Shown: in pieces, positions 31,347 to 40,811 of the stretch | Layout of the letters: each line of letters opens with the position of its first letter | How positions within the stretch are numbered: position 1 is the stretch's first letter | IMG/VR virus record: IMGVR_UViG_3300025608_000006 | Direction: 5' to 3' (one strand) | DNA from: a virus | Lineage: Duplodnaviria; Caudoviricetes | Length of the DNA stretch: 64,000 bases | The notes under the pieces: model-generated | Told to the model about the DNA's origin: nothing | What the model saw: only the letters and a program-made list of their open reading frames with translations | Database searches by the model: none | Program-made: the position numbers and the translations under genes

Positions 31347-31853
31347 ATGAGAATATTAACCTTAGATAACGAGTGTTTTAACCTAGACGATTTACCAGAA
31401 CAAATTGAAGACGATGTACGTTTTAGTGTACTAGATAATAGTGATCCTAAAAATCCTGACTTTTTCTTTGTACCGTTAATTTTCTTAGAAAGTTTTAGTG
31501 CACCTGCAATGGTGCTGGACATTGGAGGCAAAGAAGTTACTATGCCTGTAGATTGGAACATTGCAGTCGGATGTTCCGAAAGTGGCAATGATTTAGAAGT
31601 ACTGCCTTTAACAAGTATTAACGATAGAGGGTTTGAAGCATTTTTGTTTAATCCTCTCACAAGTTTTAAAACTGATTTTGCTGAAATAAAAATTACAAAT
31701 TTTTATACAGATGTAAAATGGTACTTTCCTAAAATGAAAAATGGACAACTATTAAGTGTTCCAATTACAGACGGAAAAGATCCGTTATGTGCATATTTTG
31801 TTAAAGATATAAGCAGACAGAGCGAAGTAATAGAATATAGTTTGTTAATGTAA
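31347..31853 (+). CDS. conserved hypothetical protein
   Basis: 168 aa beta-rich ORF abutting uvsW. Confidence 0.6.
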   Translation: MRILTLDNECFNLDDLPEQIEDDVRFSVLDNSDPKNPDFFFVPLIFLESFSAPAMVLDIGGKEVTMPVDWNIAVGCSESGNDLEVLPLTSINDRGFEAFLFNPLTSFKTDFAEIKITNFYTDVKWYFPKMKNGQLLSVPITDGKDPLCAYFVKDISRQSEVIEYSLLM

Positions 31854-31863
31854 AGGAAAACAA

Positions 31864-32232
31864 ATGGGAATTAAAGCAGGTAAGGTATGGGGGGCTACTG
31901 AGCTCATTCATGCAAACGGTGTACTAGAGTTTCATCGCATTGAATACAAAGCAGGATACAAGTGTAGCGAACACGAACATCAGTTTAAATGGAATGGATT
32001 TTTTGTTGAATCGGGCAAGATGATTGTTCGAGTTTGGCAAGATGATCAAGGACTAGTTGATGAAACTATTCTTGAAGCTGGCGACTTTACACAAGTCAAG
32101 CCCGGCAAGATTCATCAGTTCGAAGGACTAGAAGACGGTGTCGCTTTTGAACTGTACTGGGCTGAATTTAATCACGATGACATTGTAAGACGTACAAGTG
32201 GAACAGAAGTTGGGAAATCTAAAACCAAATGA
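31864..32232 (+). CDS. cupin-domain protein (sugar isomerase/epimerase-like)
   Basis: KVWG, CSEHEHQFK, FFVESG, PGKIHQF. Confidence 0.75.
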   Translation: MGIKAGKVWGATELIHANGVLEFHRIEYKAGYKCSEHEHQFKWNGFFVESGKMIVRVWQDDQGLVDETILEAGDFTQVKPGKIHQFEGLEDGVAFELYWAEFNHDDIVRRTSGTEVGKSKTK

Positions 32233-32467
32233 AGCACTGATATACGAGCGTAGCAACGGTGTTGTGTACGCTCGTTATCGTGACAAGCCTGAAATAGAAC
32301 GTTGGATCATAGGCGGCGACCCTGCATCAGTTGCACAAGCAAATGGCGACTTATTACACTACGCAGAGTGGCAAGAATTGTGCGAACTAGCACAAGAGTA
32401 TCCTACAATAAAAAAGCTCTTGGATCAGCTGGTTACGACTTATTATATGGTAAAGGAAAATAAATGA
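32198..32467 (+). CDS. hypothetical protein
   Basis: 89 aa ORF, YERSNGVVYAR. Confidence 0.55.
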   Translation: MEQKLGNLKPNEALIYERSNGVVYARYRDKPEIERWIIGGDPASVAQANGDLLHYAEWQELCELAQEYPTIKKLLDQLVTTYYMVKENK

Positions 32468-33240
32468 GAATTATTGCAGGACCGTGTCAACACGAATCAC
32501 TAGCACAGAGTTCAAAAATTGCACGTGAGTGTAAACGTGTGTGTGATTTTTTTGATATTGATTATGTATTCAAAGCTAGTTTTGACAAAGCAAATCGAAC
32601 AAGTGTAACCGGCGAACGTGGCGTTGGCTTTAAAAAAACCATGGAAGATTTTAGAGAACTAAAAACTGGCTTTACAAATCTACAAATACTAACAGACGTA
32701 CATGAAAAAAATCACATTGACCTAATACAGACAGTATACTGGGACGCAGTTGATGTACTACAAATACCTGCTTTCCTTTGCAGACAAACAGATTTAATTC
32801 AGCATGCATGTGCTACTGGCAAAATAGTTAACATCAAGAAAGGTCAATTCCTTGCACCGTGGGACATGGCAGGAGTGCTAAGTAAGTGTGCAGACGCTCG
32901 TGAAGTCTGGATAACTGAGAGAGGTACTAGCTTTGGTTACAATACTTTGGTCGTGGACTATACTGGTATGCAGTATATGCTTGATAACTTTGACTGTCCT
33001 CTGGTGTTTGACGCTACCCACAGCGTACAAAAGCCAGGCGGCAATGGAAGTAGTAGCGGCGGGAATCGCGCTTACGTTCCTGGGATGGCTCGTAGTGCCG
33101 CCGCTTTGGGTGTTACTAATTTCTTCTTAGAAGTACATGCTGATCCTGACAACGCACCCAGCGATGGTCCTAACATGCTGCGCTTAGAAGATTTTGAGGA
33201 GGTAGTCAGTGACATCCACCGCTATTCTTATACCCGCTAG
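32464..33240 (+). CDS. kdsA: 3-deoxy-D-manno-octulosonate 8-phosphate synthase
   Basis: IAGPC, KASFDKANRTS, QIPAFLCRQTDL, NIKKGQFL, ERG, FDATHSVQ, LEVH. Confidence 0.95.
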   Translation: MRIIAGPCQHESLAQSSKIARECKRVCDFFDIDYVFKASFDKANRTSVTGERGVGFKKTMEDFRELKTGFTNLQILTDVHEKNHIDLIQTVYWDAVDVLQIPAFLCRQTDLIQHACATGKIVNIKKGQFLAPWDMAGVLSKCADAREVWITERGTSFGYNTLVVDYTGMQYMLDNFDCPLVFDATHSVQKPGGNGSSSGGNRAYVPGMARSAAALGVTNFFLEVHADPDNAPSDGPNMLRLEDFEEVVSDIHRYSYTR

Positions 33241-33898
33241 ATACGGCAGCACACGCTTTCCAGGTAAACCATTAGCTAAGTTAGATGGCATACCTATGAT
33301 AGAACGTGTGTATGACGCTTGTACAGCGTCTAAGATACCAACATACGTTCTTACCGACGACATGCGTATATACGAATTGTTTGGTTCTAACAAGTGCTGG
33401 ATCGAGCAAGTAGATTATGCCAACGGCACAGAACGATGCGCTGGCGCGATACAAAATGACTTCTTCAAACAGTATGATCAGTTTATAAATGTACAAGGTG
33501 ACATGCCCGATGTAACAGTTGAAATGATTGAAAAGTGTGTTGAAAGTTTATCCTATAACTATTCAGTAAGCACAGTGTACACAGACATGCCTCCTTGTAT
33601 GCAGAACGATCCTAACTCAGTTAAGATGATACATGCCTATCCCAATCAAGCACTATGGTTTGGTAGAGGACTCACAGGTTATGGCGAATGGCATCTAGGT
33701 GTATACGGATACAAGCGCCATGCACTAGTAGCTTACCCTAGTTTAAAAGTTACACAAGAAGAAACTGTTGAATCGCTTGAGCAACTGCGTTGGTTAAAAA
33801 GTGGTTGGCAAATTGGCGCACAGAGTGTATACTTTAATGGAGTAGAGATTAATACCCCGGAGGATGTTGAAACGTGGCAGCAGAAAAACTTGCAATAA
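33209..33898 (+). CDS. kdsB: CMP-Kdo synthetase
   Basis: IPARYGSTRFPGKPL, NGTERC, NVQGD, HLGVYGY, LEQLRW; GTG start with GAGGAGG. Confidence 0.92.
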   Translation: MTSTAILIPARYGSTRFPGKPLAKLDGIPMIERVYDACTASKIPTYVLTDDMRIYELFGSNKCWIEQVDYANGTERCAGAIQNDFFKQYDQFINVQGDMPDVTVEMIEKCVESLSYNYSVSTVYTDMPPCMQNDPNSVKMIHAYPNQALWFGRGLTGYGEWHLGVYGYKRHALVAYPSLKVTQEETVESLEQLRWLKSGWQIGAQSVYFNGVEINTPEDVETWQQKNLQ

Positions 33899-34341
33899 AA
33901 GAAATCCTCAGTTGGATTGACAATGGCGAAAGTGAGATTTGGAATCACTTGGAAGATGATCACAAGAAGCAGATCAGCTTTTGGTTGTTGAATAGATATG
34001 TCAGTGGCGTACAAGGCAGTCGTGAAAAGCAGGAACTTGCTGTATTCAAAACCAACGAGTACTACAATAAAAACTTTAATGACATTGGTGTAGGCAAAGA
34101 TACTGGACATCAAAAATTAATGTGGCAGTTGTTGTGCATGTGTGGCAACACAGGCAAGAACGAATTTCATCCTTGGATTGGTTTTAAGAAACGTGACGGC
34201 AGTACAGGCAAAGCAATGCAACTGCTGGAGAAAATATATCCACATCTAAAGACAGACGAGGTTGAAACACTTGCTAGAATATCTACAAAAAAAGAACTCA
34301 AACAACTTGCAGAAGAGCATGAAATTGCAGTCAAACTCTAA
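33874..34341 (+). CDS. possible clamp-loader small subunit (gp62-like)
   Basis: FWLLNRYVS and HPWIGFKK segments resemble gp62; in the replication block. Confidence 0.45.
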   Translation: MAAEKLAIKEILSWIDNGESEIWNHLEDDHKKQISFWLLNRYVSGVQGSREKQELAVFKTNEYYNKNFNDIGVGKDTGHQKLMWQLLCMCGNTGKNEFHPWIGFKKRDGSTGKAMQLLEKIYPHLKTDEVETLARISTKKELKQLAEEHEIAVKL

Positions 34342-35014
34342 ACCATACAAATGTGAATACTGCGGCAGCAGTTATGTAAAAGAGTCAACTCTTATGGCGC
34401 ATCTGTGTGAAAAGAAAAGACGTGCCTTGCAAAAAGACGAAAAGCGAGTACGCCTAGGGTTTTATGCGTTCAATCAGTTTTACAAACTAAGTGCAGGTGC
34501 AAAGAAAGATAAAACATATGAAGAGTTTTGCAAAAGCAGTTACTACAATGCGTTTGTAAAGTTTGGCAGTTTTGTATCTAATGTAAAACCGTTGTATCCT
34601 GAGAAGTACATCAACTATGTTGTAACCAGCGGAGTTAAACTTGATCATTGGTGCAAGGAAGAAATGTATGAGAAATATGCAGTTGAGCTAATTAAAAAAG
34701 AAGGTGTTGAAACTGCACTCGAACGTAGCATTGAAACTATGGTCGAATGGGCTGCTGAAAACAACAGTGTATGGAATCATTACTTCTTGTATGCATCGCC
34801 TAACAGAGCGGTATGGCATATCAAAGATGGAAAGATCAGTCCGTGGCTTATGCTTAATTGTAAAAGCGGAAAAGAAATGCTTGGCAATTTTAACGACGAG
34901 CAATTGAGTATGATTTATAATATTGTAGATCCGAAACACTGGGGTGTTCGATTTAAACGACAAATAAAAGATGTTGAACTTGTAAAGCAAGTTGTAAAGG
35001 AAAGCAAACTATGA
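34319..35014 (+). CDS. hypothetical protein with N-terminal Zn finger
   Basis: YKCEYCGSSY...MAHLC. Confidence 0.6.
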   Translation: MKLQSNSKPYKCEYCGSSYVKESTLMAHLCEKKRRALQKDEKRVRLGFYAFNQFYKLSAGAKKDKTYEEFCKSSYYNAFVKFGSFVSNVKPLYPEKYINYVVTSGVKLDHWCKEEMYEKYAVELIKKEGVETALERSIETMVEWAAENNSVWNHYFLYASPNRAVWHIKDGKISPWLMLNCKSGKEMLGNFNDEQLSMIYNIVDPKHWGVRFKRQIKDVELVKQVVKESKL

Positions 35015-35508
35015 AACTAATTAAATATCCAAACGAAATACTAGAACGTGAAGTTAAAGATGTAGACCTAGACAATCCAGGGTTTGATCCTGTCGAACTC
35101 AAAAAAGAAATGGTTGAGTTTATGATTGCAAACAACGGCATCGGACTAAGTGCAAATCAAATCGGTCTTGATGCTAAAGTGTTTGTGATGGGAGATAGTG
35201 TAGAGAATAGTACAATGTGTATTAATCCGACAGTGCTACAATATACATCAGATACACAAGATGATATTGAAGGTTGCTTGAGCTTCCCCAATGTGTTTGT
35301 TAAGATCAAACGCCCAAAAGAAATACTTGCAAAGTACTGGAACGAAAATCTAGAAGAGTGTACAGTCAAGATTGAAGGCTACAGTGCCAAGTGCTATTTG
35401 CACGAACTAGATCATTTGCTGGGCATTACATTCAAAGATCGTGCAAGCAAACTCAAATGGGACATGGCTCAGAAGAAAGCACGTAAACTGGAGAAACAAC
35501 TTGCCTGA
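35011..35508 (+). CDS. def: peptide deformylase
   Basis: GIGLSANQIG, EGCLS, HELDHL: all three PDF motifs. Confidence 0.93.
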   Translation: MKLIKYPNEILEREVKDVDLDNPGFDPVELKKEMVEFMIANNGIGLSANQIGLDAKVFVMGDSVENSTMCINPTVLQYTSDTQDDIEGCLSFPNVFVKIKRPKEILAKYWNENLEECTVKIEGYSAKCYLHELDHLLGITFKDRASKLKWDMAQKKARKLEKQLA

Positions 35509-36061
35509 TATTGATATAGATTTTGGCGACAGAGACGTTATACTATCTCGACTAACTCATAGAGTTGCCAAACTCCCTACTGGCAAAAAACACAACACAG
35601 GAGTCTATGCTACTGAGATTCCGCACAATCCTATTGATAATTTATCTACAATTGAACACAAAGAAGCAGATGAACGCGGCTACTTTAAACTTGACTTTCT
35701 CAATGTGAGTATCTACAAAGACGTTCGTGATGAAGCACATCTAACAGAACTAATGGAAAGGACTCCACTATGGCAGTTACTAGAACACCAAGAGTTTTCA
35801 GATCAGGTATTCCATCTAAACGGACACAACGAATTATTAAAAAAATTAAAGCCACAATCAGTAGAACAGTTAGCAGCAGTGTTGGCGATGATACGTCCTG
35901 CGAAACGCCATCTTGTCAACGAAACTTGGCAAACGATCAACGACAGCGTTTGGACAAAGCCAGAAGATGGAGCATACTACTTTAAGAAAGCACATGCTAT
36001 TTCATATGCTATGGCGTGTGTAGTTCATATGAATTTACTGTGTGAGAAACTTAGCTCTTAG
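35501..36061 (+). CDS. minimal DNA polymerase III alpha (DnaE)-like catalytic core
   Basis: TTG start with GGAG RBS; PDIDIDF, HNTGVY, GYFKLDFLN, AMIRP, FKKAHAISYA. Confidence 0.75.
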   Translation: MPDIDIDFGDRDVILSRLTHRVAKLPTGKKHNTGVYATEIPHNPIDNLSTIEHKEADERGYFKLDFLNVSIYKDVRDEAHLTELMERTPLWQLLEHQEFSDQVFHLNGHNELLKKLKPQSVEQLAAVLAMIRPAKRHLVNETWQTINDSVWTKPEDGAYYFKKAHAISYAMACVVHMNLLCEKLSS

Positions 36062-36422
36062 GTTTTCTCACTAGTTGAACGTTTTTACGTTTGACTCGTT
36101 TAATAGATAGATTATTTAAATTAACACACGGCCCTATTGTTACTCTTACATCTTTTGAATTCATTGTTGTTATGCAATATTTAAAAGGCTCAATTTCTCC
36201 TCGCAAGAATATATTAATAGGAATCATTCGATTAGATTCCCACCACCATGCGTCGCCAAGTTCTAAAAAAGCCTTTTGTTCTAATTCAGTCCTAATATCA
36301 GTATATACGTACATGCTTGTAACTGTCGCATCTTGATTGATAATGATGCCAATGTACTCCTGCCCACCGTATGTTACTACGCTAAGGAATGGAAAATTTT
36401 CTTCTATATTTTTTGTTAACAT
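36051..36422 (-). CDS. hypothetical protein
   Basis: 123 aa ORF, WWWESNRMIPINIF. Confidence 0.6.
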   Translation of the reverse strand: MLTKNIEENFPFLSVVTYGGQEYIGIIINQDATVTSMYVYTDIRTELEQKAFLELGDAWWWESNRMIPINIFLRGEIEPFKYCITTMNSKDVRVTIGPCVNLNNLSIKRVKRKNVQLVRKPKS

Positions 36423-36462
36423 GTAATTCCGATAAATACTTTATTAATAAGGATCCTGCTTA

Positions 36463-37254
36463 ATGCAACTTATACCAAGATATTTAGTCAATAACAGAAT
36501 AGAGGTTGTATCAAACGATACAGGATTTATAACGGAGTATAACCCAGTGTATAGCAGACAAATAAAGATATATAAAGGAATAGATAATACTGTTCAATTT
36601 AGGTTTTTAAACGCAGATCAAAAACCAATTGATGTATCTAATGAAACTATTAAATTTGTTGCATACGATGAAACATCTAAAAAAGTATTAGATCTTACAG
36701 TAGATGCATCTGCAACTAAAGGTCTAGCAAATCTAACAATAGGCAACTCGTTATTAGAAGATTTGCCTCAACAATACTTACGATACAGCGTGTACTTTGA
36801 CGACGAATCTGCAGGTCAAACTTTAACATACGCTGATAGTCACTTTGGTAATAATGGAACAATATATCTAGATGCTAGTGCATTTCCTGCACCTAGAGCA
36901 GATGTTGAAATGTTTTTTACAGATGTTGCATCTTCTATTATACCTGATGATGATACTACTGATTCTATAAATTACTGGGCTACAGATTATATTACTGCAA
37001 CACCAAGTGGCGAAATATTTGCATTTGAAAATGCCATCATAGTTACTCCGGCAATTGATAGTTCTGAATTAACAATACAATATACCACTGATAGATCTGT
37101 TTCGACAGGATCAAAATGGGTTAACATTACGCCTAGTAATGCTAGCAGCGATTCTACGGAGACACAAATTGAGTTTGACGGAACGTATAACTATTTGAGA
37201 GTTTTTACTACAATAGATCCTACAAACATTACTTCAATTAAATTAAGAAACTAA
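36463..37254 (+). CDS. hypothetical late protein
   Basis: ATAAATA box upstream; IYKGIDNTVQFRFLNADQKP. Confidence 0.6.
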   Translation: MQLIPRYLVNNRIEVVSNDTGFITEYNPVYSRQIKIYKGIDNTVQFRFLNADQKPIDVSNETIKFVAYDETSKKVLDLTVDASATKGLANLTIGNSLLEDLPQQYLRYSVYFDDESAGQTLTYADSHFGNNGTIYLDASAFPAPRADVEMFFTDVASSIIPDDDTTDSINYWATDYITATPSGEIFAFENAIIVTPAIDSSELTIQYTTDRSVSTGSKWVNITPSNASSDSTETQIEFDGTYNYLRVFTTIDPTNITSIKLRN

Positions 37255-37282
37255 TTGACAAATCCTATACTGATGCTATAAT
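37255..37282 (+). promoter_or_regulatory. sigma70-type promoter for primase
   Basis: TTGACA-16 nt-TATAAT with a TG just upstream of the -10. Confidence 0.7.
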
Positions 37283-37288
37283 AGTAGT

Positions 37289-38269
37289 ATGAGTATTGTA
37301 TCTGACACAATTACAGCACACTTGCCTTCAAAGCGAAAGACAACTCCTAGTGGGTGGACCAGCTTTAACGCACCCTGCTGTCATCACAACGGCAACACTG
37401 CTGACACTAGAGGACGCGGCGGACTTATTAGTGAAGGTGATACAGTTAGCTATCATTGTTTTAACTGTGGATACAAAGCAAGCTGGCAACCAGGTAGACC
37501 GGTGTCTAACAAGCTACGTAAGCTTCTACAGTGGCTGAACTGTACAGATGATACAATAACACGGCTAACCTTTGACGTCATGCGCTTAAACGAAGGCGTT
37601 GAGGTAGCAGAGCGCAAGATAGAACTGCCCACATTTGAAACTGTACCACTGCCTCCAGATGCAATTAAAATTACTGATATTACTGATTTCAGCAAATTTA
37701 GTTTGTCTATATTAGAATACATGGCTGCACGTAATCTAAACTTAGATGATACTGATTACTATTGGAGTGCAAGTTTAGCATATCGTGATAGACTTATTAT
37801 TCCGTTTTACTATGAAGGTAGAGTAGTAGGCTGGACAGCTAGAACTATCACAGCAGATAAAAAGCCCAAGTATCTTACAGAAACACAACCTGGCTTTGTG
37901 TACGGACTTGACGCACAAGGCTATGACAAAACGTTTGCTATTGTCTGTGAAGGGCAAGTAGATGCTATTCATGTAGACGGCTGTGCGCTCGGCGGCAGTG
38001 AAATTAATGATGCACAAGCGTTGCTGATCAACAAACTAAACAAAGACATTGTTGTAGTGCCCGACAGAGACAAAGCTGGTAGTAAACTTGTAGAACAAGC
38101 CATTGAACAGGGTTGGGGAGTTAGCTTACCAGAGTGGCCCCAAGATGTTAATGATATTGGCGATGCAGTAGATAAGTACGGAAGACTATATACACTATAC
38201 AGCATTGCTAGTGCTGCTGAAACTAGCCCACTTAAAATTAGATTGAGAGCAAAAAAATGGTTCATATGA
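37289..38269 (+). CDS. DNA primase (gp61-like)
   Basis: Zn-binding PCCH...HCFNC; RLIIPF, GWTAR, KYL, CEGQVD and PDRD TOPRIM motifs. Confidence 0.88.
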   Translation: MSIVSDTITAHLPSKRKTTPSGWTSFNAPCCHHNGNTADTRGRGGLISEGDTVSYHCFNCGYKASWQPGRPVSNKLRKLLQWLNCTDDTITRLTFDVMRLNEGVEVAERKIELPTFETVPLPPDAIKITDITDFSKFSLSILEYMAARNLNLDDTDYYWSASLAYRDRLIIPFYYEGRVVGWTARTITADKKPKYLTETQPGFVYGLDAQGYDKTFAIVCEGQVDAIHVDGCALGGSEINDAQALLINKLNKDIVVVPDRDKAGSKLVEQAIEQGWGVSLPEWPQDVNDIGDAVDKYGRLYTLYSIASAAETSPLKIRLRAKKWFI

Positions 38270-38394
38270 TTAAAAAAGTATTAACAAAGATTTGGGATGT
38301 GGTTGCATGGCCCTATCGTAAAATCAAAGCAGAAATTAAATTCCGTAAACGCATGAAAGAGCTACGGGAAAAGGACCCGTTTATCTATAAATGA
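38266..38394 (+). CDS. small basic hypothetical protein
   Basis: MIKKVLTKIWDVVAWPYRKIKAEIKFRKRMKELREKDPFIYK; overlaps both neighbours. Confidence 0.5.
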   Translation: MIKKVLTKIWDVVAWPYRKIKAEIKFRKRMKELREKDPFIYK

Positions 38395-39377
38395 TTACTT
38401 GGGGAATAGTTGGCAATAGTCACGATGCCAGCATAGCCGTTTTTGATGACACAGTCAAAGGGTTAGGTATAAACCGTCCTACACGACTCATATGGGCAGG
38501 TCTTGCAAAAGACTTCTCGGGAGTTCCTAATGACCCTGATCTCAATGATGCTATTGTAGAACACGCACTACAGTACGGCAAGCCTAACAAAGTTGTATGG
38601 TATGAACGTCCGTTCTTAAAGACACTGCGACAATGGCGTGCAGGACAGGGTTGGCTACGTAAAGAGAATGATATTAGAGCCTATCTCAAACGTTGGAACA
38701 TTGGGTGTAAGATAGAGTATACCCAGCATCATTTGAGTCATGCAGCCTACGCATACTACACCCAACCCTATGTAGACTGTGCTGTAATATGCTTAGACAG
38801 TATAGGAGAGTTCGAGACCCTAACTGTATGGCATGGTACAGAACGAGGCCTAAAGAAAATACACAGTCAAGGGTACCCACATAGTCTTGGATTATTCTAT
38901 AGTGCTATGACACAACGTATGGGCCTACAAGCACAACGTGATGAATACTTAGTAGCCCAATGGGGTGCTAAAGGCGACCCACATAGATTGTTTATGCCTA
39001 TACTTGAAGAACTGGTAGAAACACGTGGCATGGGTAATGACCCTTATATACGCATGCGAGAGAACATGCACAGAGGCGTAAGCTGGTGGAGACCAGAGCT
39101 GACTACTGAACAGGACATGTATGATATTGCAGCAGCTACACAAAAAGTGTTTGAGTATTGCTTGCTTAACTTAGCAGCGTGGACCAAAAGAAAGACAGGT
39201 TCTAAGAACTTAGCACTTGCAGGTGGAGGCGCACTTAACCGTCAAGCAGTTGCATTGTTAACCAATTGGAGCACAGTACACGTTCCCAAGAATCCAGGTG
39301 ACCCGGGCAGTTGTATAGGAGCAGTATTAGCAAAGACCAAGGACAGAACAACACTTGACAACAAATGGCACAGGTAG
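38391..39377 (+). CDS. carbamoyltransferase, N-terminal (Kae1-like) domain only
   Basis: HDASIA, QHHLSHAAYAYY, LDSIGE, SLGLFYSAMT, EYLV, LAGGGALN, PGDPGSCIGA. Confidence 0.8.
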   Translation: MITWGIVGNSHDASIAVFDDTVKGLGINRPTRLIWAGLAKDFSGVPNDPDLNDAIVEHALQYGKPNKVVWYERPFLKTLRQWRAGQGWLRKENDIRAYLKRWNIGCKIEYTQHHLSHAAYAYYTQPYVDCAVICLDSIGEFETLTVWHGTERGLKKIHSQGYPHSLGLFYSAMTQRMGLQAQRDEYLVAQWGAKGDPHRLFMPILEELVETRGMGNDPYIRMRENMHRGVSWWRPELTTEQDMYDIAAATQKVFEYCLLNLAAWTKRKTGSKNLALAGGGALNRQAVALLTNWSTVHVPKNPGDPGSCIGAVLAKTKDRTTLDNKWHR

Positions 39378-39383
39378 TATAAT
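39355..39383 (+). promoter_or_regulatory. sigma70-type promoter for helicase
   Basis: TTGACA-17 nt-TATAAT. Confidence 0.7.
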
Positions 39384-39389
39384 AAACAC

Positions 39390-40811
39390 ATGAGCACAAG
39401 ACAAAACACAGACTATGGGTATGATATACAAAAGGTATATCTTGAGATGATGATGAGCGATGCTGAGAGCTTTGTTCGTTGTCAAGCAGTATTTGACCCT
39501 CAAGCATTTGATAGACGCTTGCAGGAAGGTGCAAAGTTTCTCACAGACTATGTGACAGAACACAACGCACTGCCCACATTCGACATGATCAATGCTGCAA
39601 CCAAAGCAGACCTCAAAGATCCTGGACAACTACAGGAGAATCACTATGATTGGCTGTTGAATGAGTTTGAAACATTCAGCAAGCACAAAGCACTGGAAGC
39701 AGCTATTCTCAAGAGCGCAGATCTGCTGGAGAATGGTGATTATGGAGCGTGTGAGGATCTAGTCAAGAAAGCTGTGCAGATTGGTCTACAGAAAGACTTG
39801 GGCACAGACTACTGGGCTGATCCAAGAACACGTCTAGAAGGCATCAAGAGCACAAACGGACAGGTCAGCACTGGTTGGGCTGCTATGGACAAGAAACTGT
39901 TTGGCGGATTCAACAGAGGCGAGCTGAATATCTTTGCAGGCGGCTCGGGTGCAGGCAAGAGTTTGTTCCTAGCCAACATCGGCGTTAACATGGCTGAGAA
40001 GGGCATGAACGTGATGTACTTGACACTGGAACTTGCAGAGAGCTTGGTTAGTATGAGAATTGACAGCATGGTCACAGGCATCAGCACACGTGATGTGTTC
40101 AAGAGCATTGATGATGTTGAGATCAAAGTCAAGATGATTGGCAAGAAGAGTGGTGCATTCCAAGTCAAGTACATGCCCTCAGGCAAGACTGCAAACGATG
40201 TGCGCAGCTATATCAAAGAGTATGAGATCAAAACAGGCAAGAAAGTAGATGTGCTGTTGATTGACTACTTGGATCTATTGATGCCAGCTGGTACAAAGGT
40301 GAGTGCAGAGAACCTGTTTATCAAAGACAAGTATGTGAGTGAAGAACTGCGTAACCTAGCAATGGAACTCAATACAGTGTTTGTTACAGCGGCACAGCTG
40401 AATCGTGGTGCTGTTGAAGAAATTGAATTTGATCACTCGCATATCTCAGGCGGTCTTAGTAAGATTCAAACAGCAGACAACGTGTTTGGTATCTTTACCA
40501 GCAGAGCAATGAGAGAACGTGGACGCTATCAACTACAGCTGATGAAAACACGTAATAGTAGCGGCGTAGGACAAAAGATTGATCTGGGCTTTGATCTAGA
40601 CACACTGCGCATCATAGACTGTGACGAAGATGAAGATGACAACTACACATCAAGCGGTGCAAGCTCAGGCGCTAGTAGTATTGTAAACAACCTCAAACGC
40701 ACCAACACAGCCAGCGAAGATCCCAGTGAAGGAGCAGCAGCACCCAAGATACGTGCTGAAACAGACAGCACCAAACTGCGAGCATTCCTCAACAATCTTG
40801 GTGACGAATGA
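39390..40811 (+). CDS. replicative DnaB-like helicase (gp41)
   Basis: AGGSGAGKS, YLTLEL, LLIDYLDL, TAAQLNR, QTAD, MKTR. Confidence 0.92.
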   Translation: MSTRQNTDYGYDIQKVYLEMMMSDAESFVRCQAVFDPQAFDRRLQEGAKFLTDYVTEHNALPTFDMINAATKADLKDPGQLQENHYDWLLNEFETFSKHKALEAAILKSADLLENGDYGACEDLVKKAVQIGLQKDLGTDYWADPRTRLEGIKSTNGQVSTGWAAMDKKLFGGFNRGELNIFAGGSGAGKSLFLANIGVNMAEKGMNVMYLTLELAESLVSMRIDSMVTGISTRDVFKSIDDVEIKVKMIGKKSGAFQVKYMPSGKTANDVRSYIKEYEIKTGKKVDVLLIDYLDLLMPAGTKVSAENLFIKDKYVSEELRNLAMELNTVFVTAAQLNRGAVEEIEFDHSHISGGLSKIQTADNVFGIFTSRAMRERGRYQLQLMKTRNSSGVGQKIDLGFDLDTLRIIDCDEDEDDNYTSSGASSGASSIVNNLKRTNTASEDPSEGAAAPKIRAETDSTKLRAFLNNLGDE

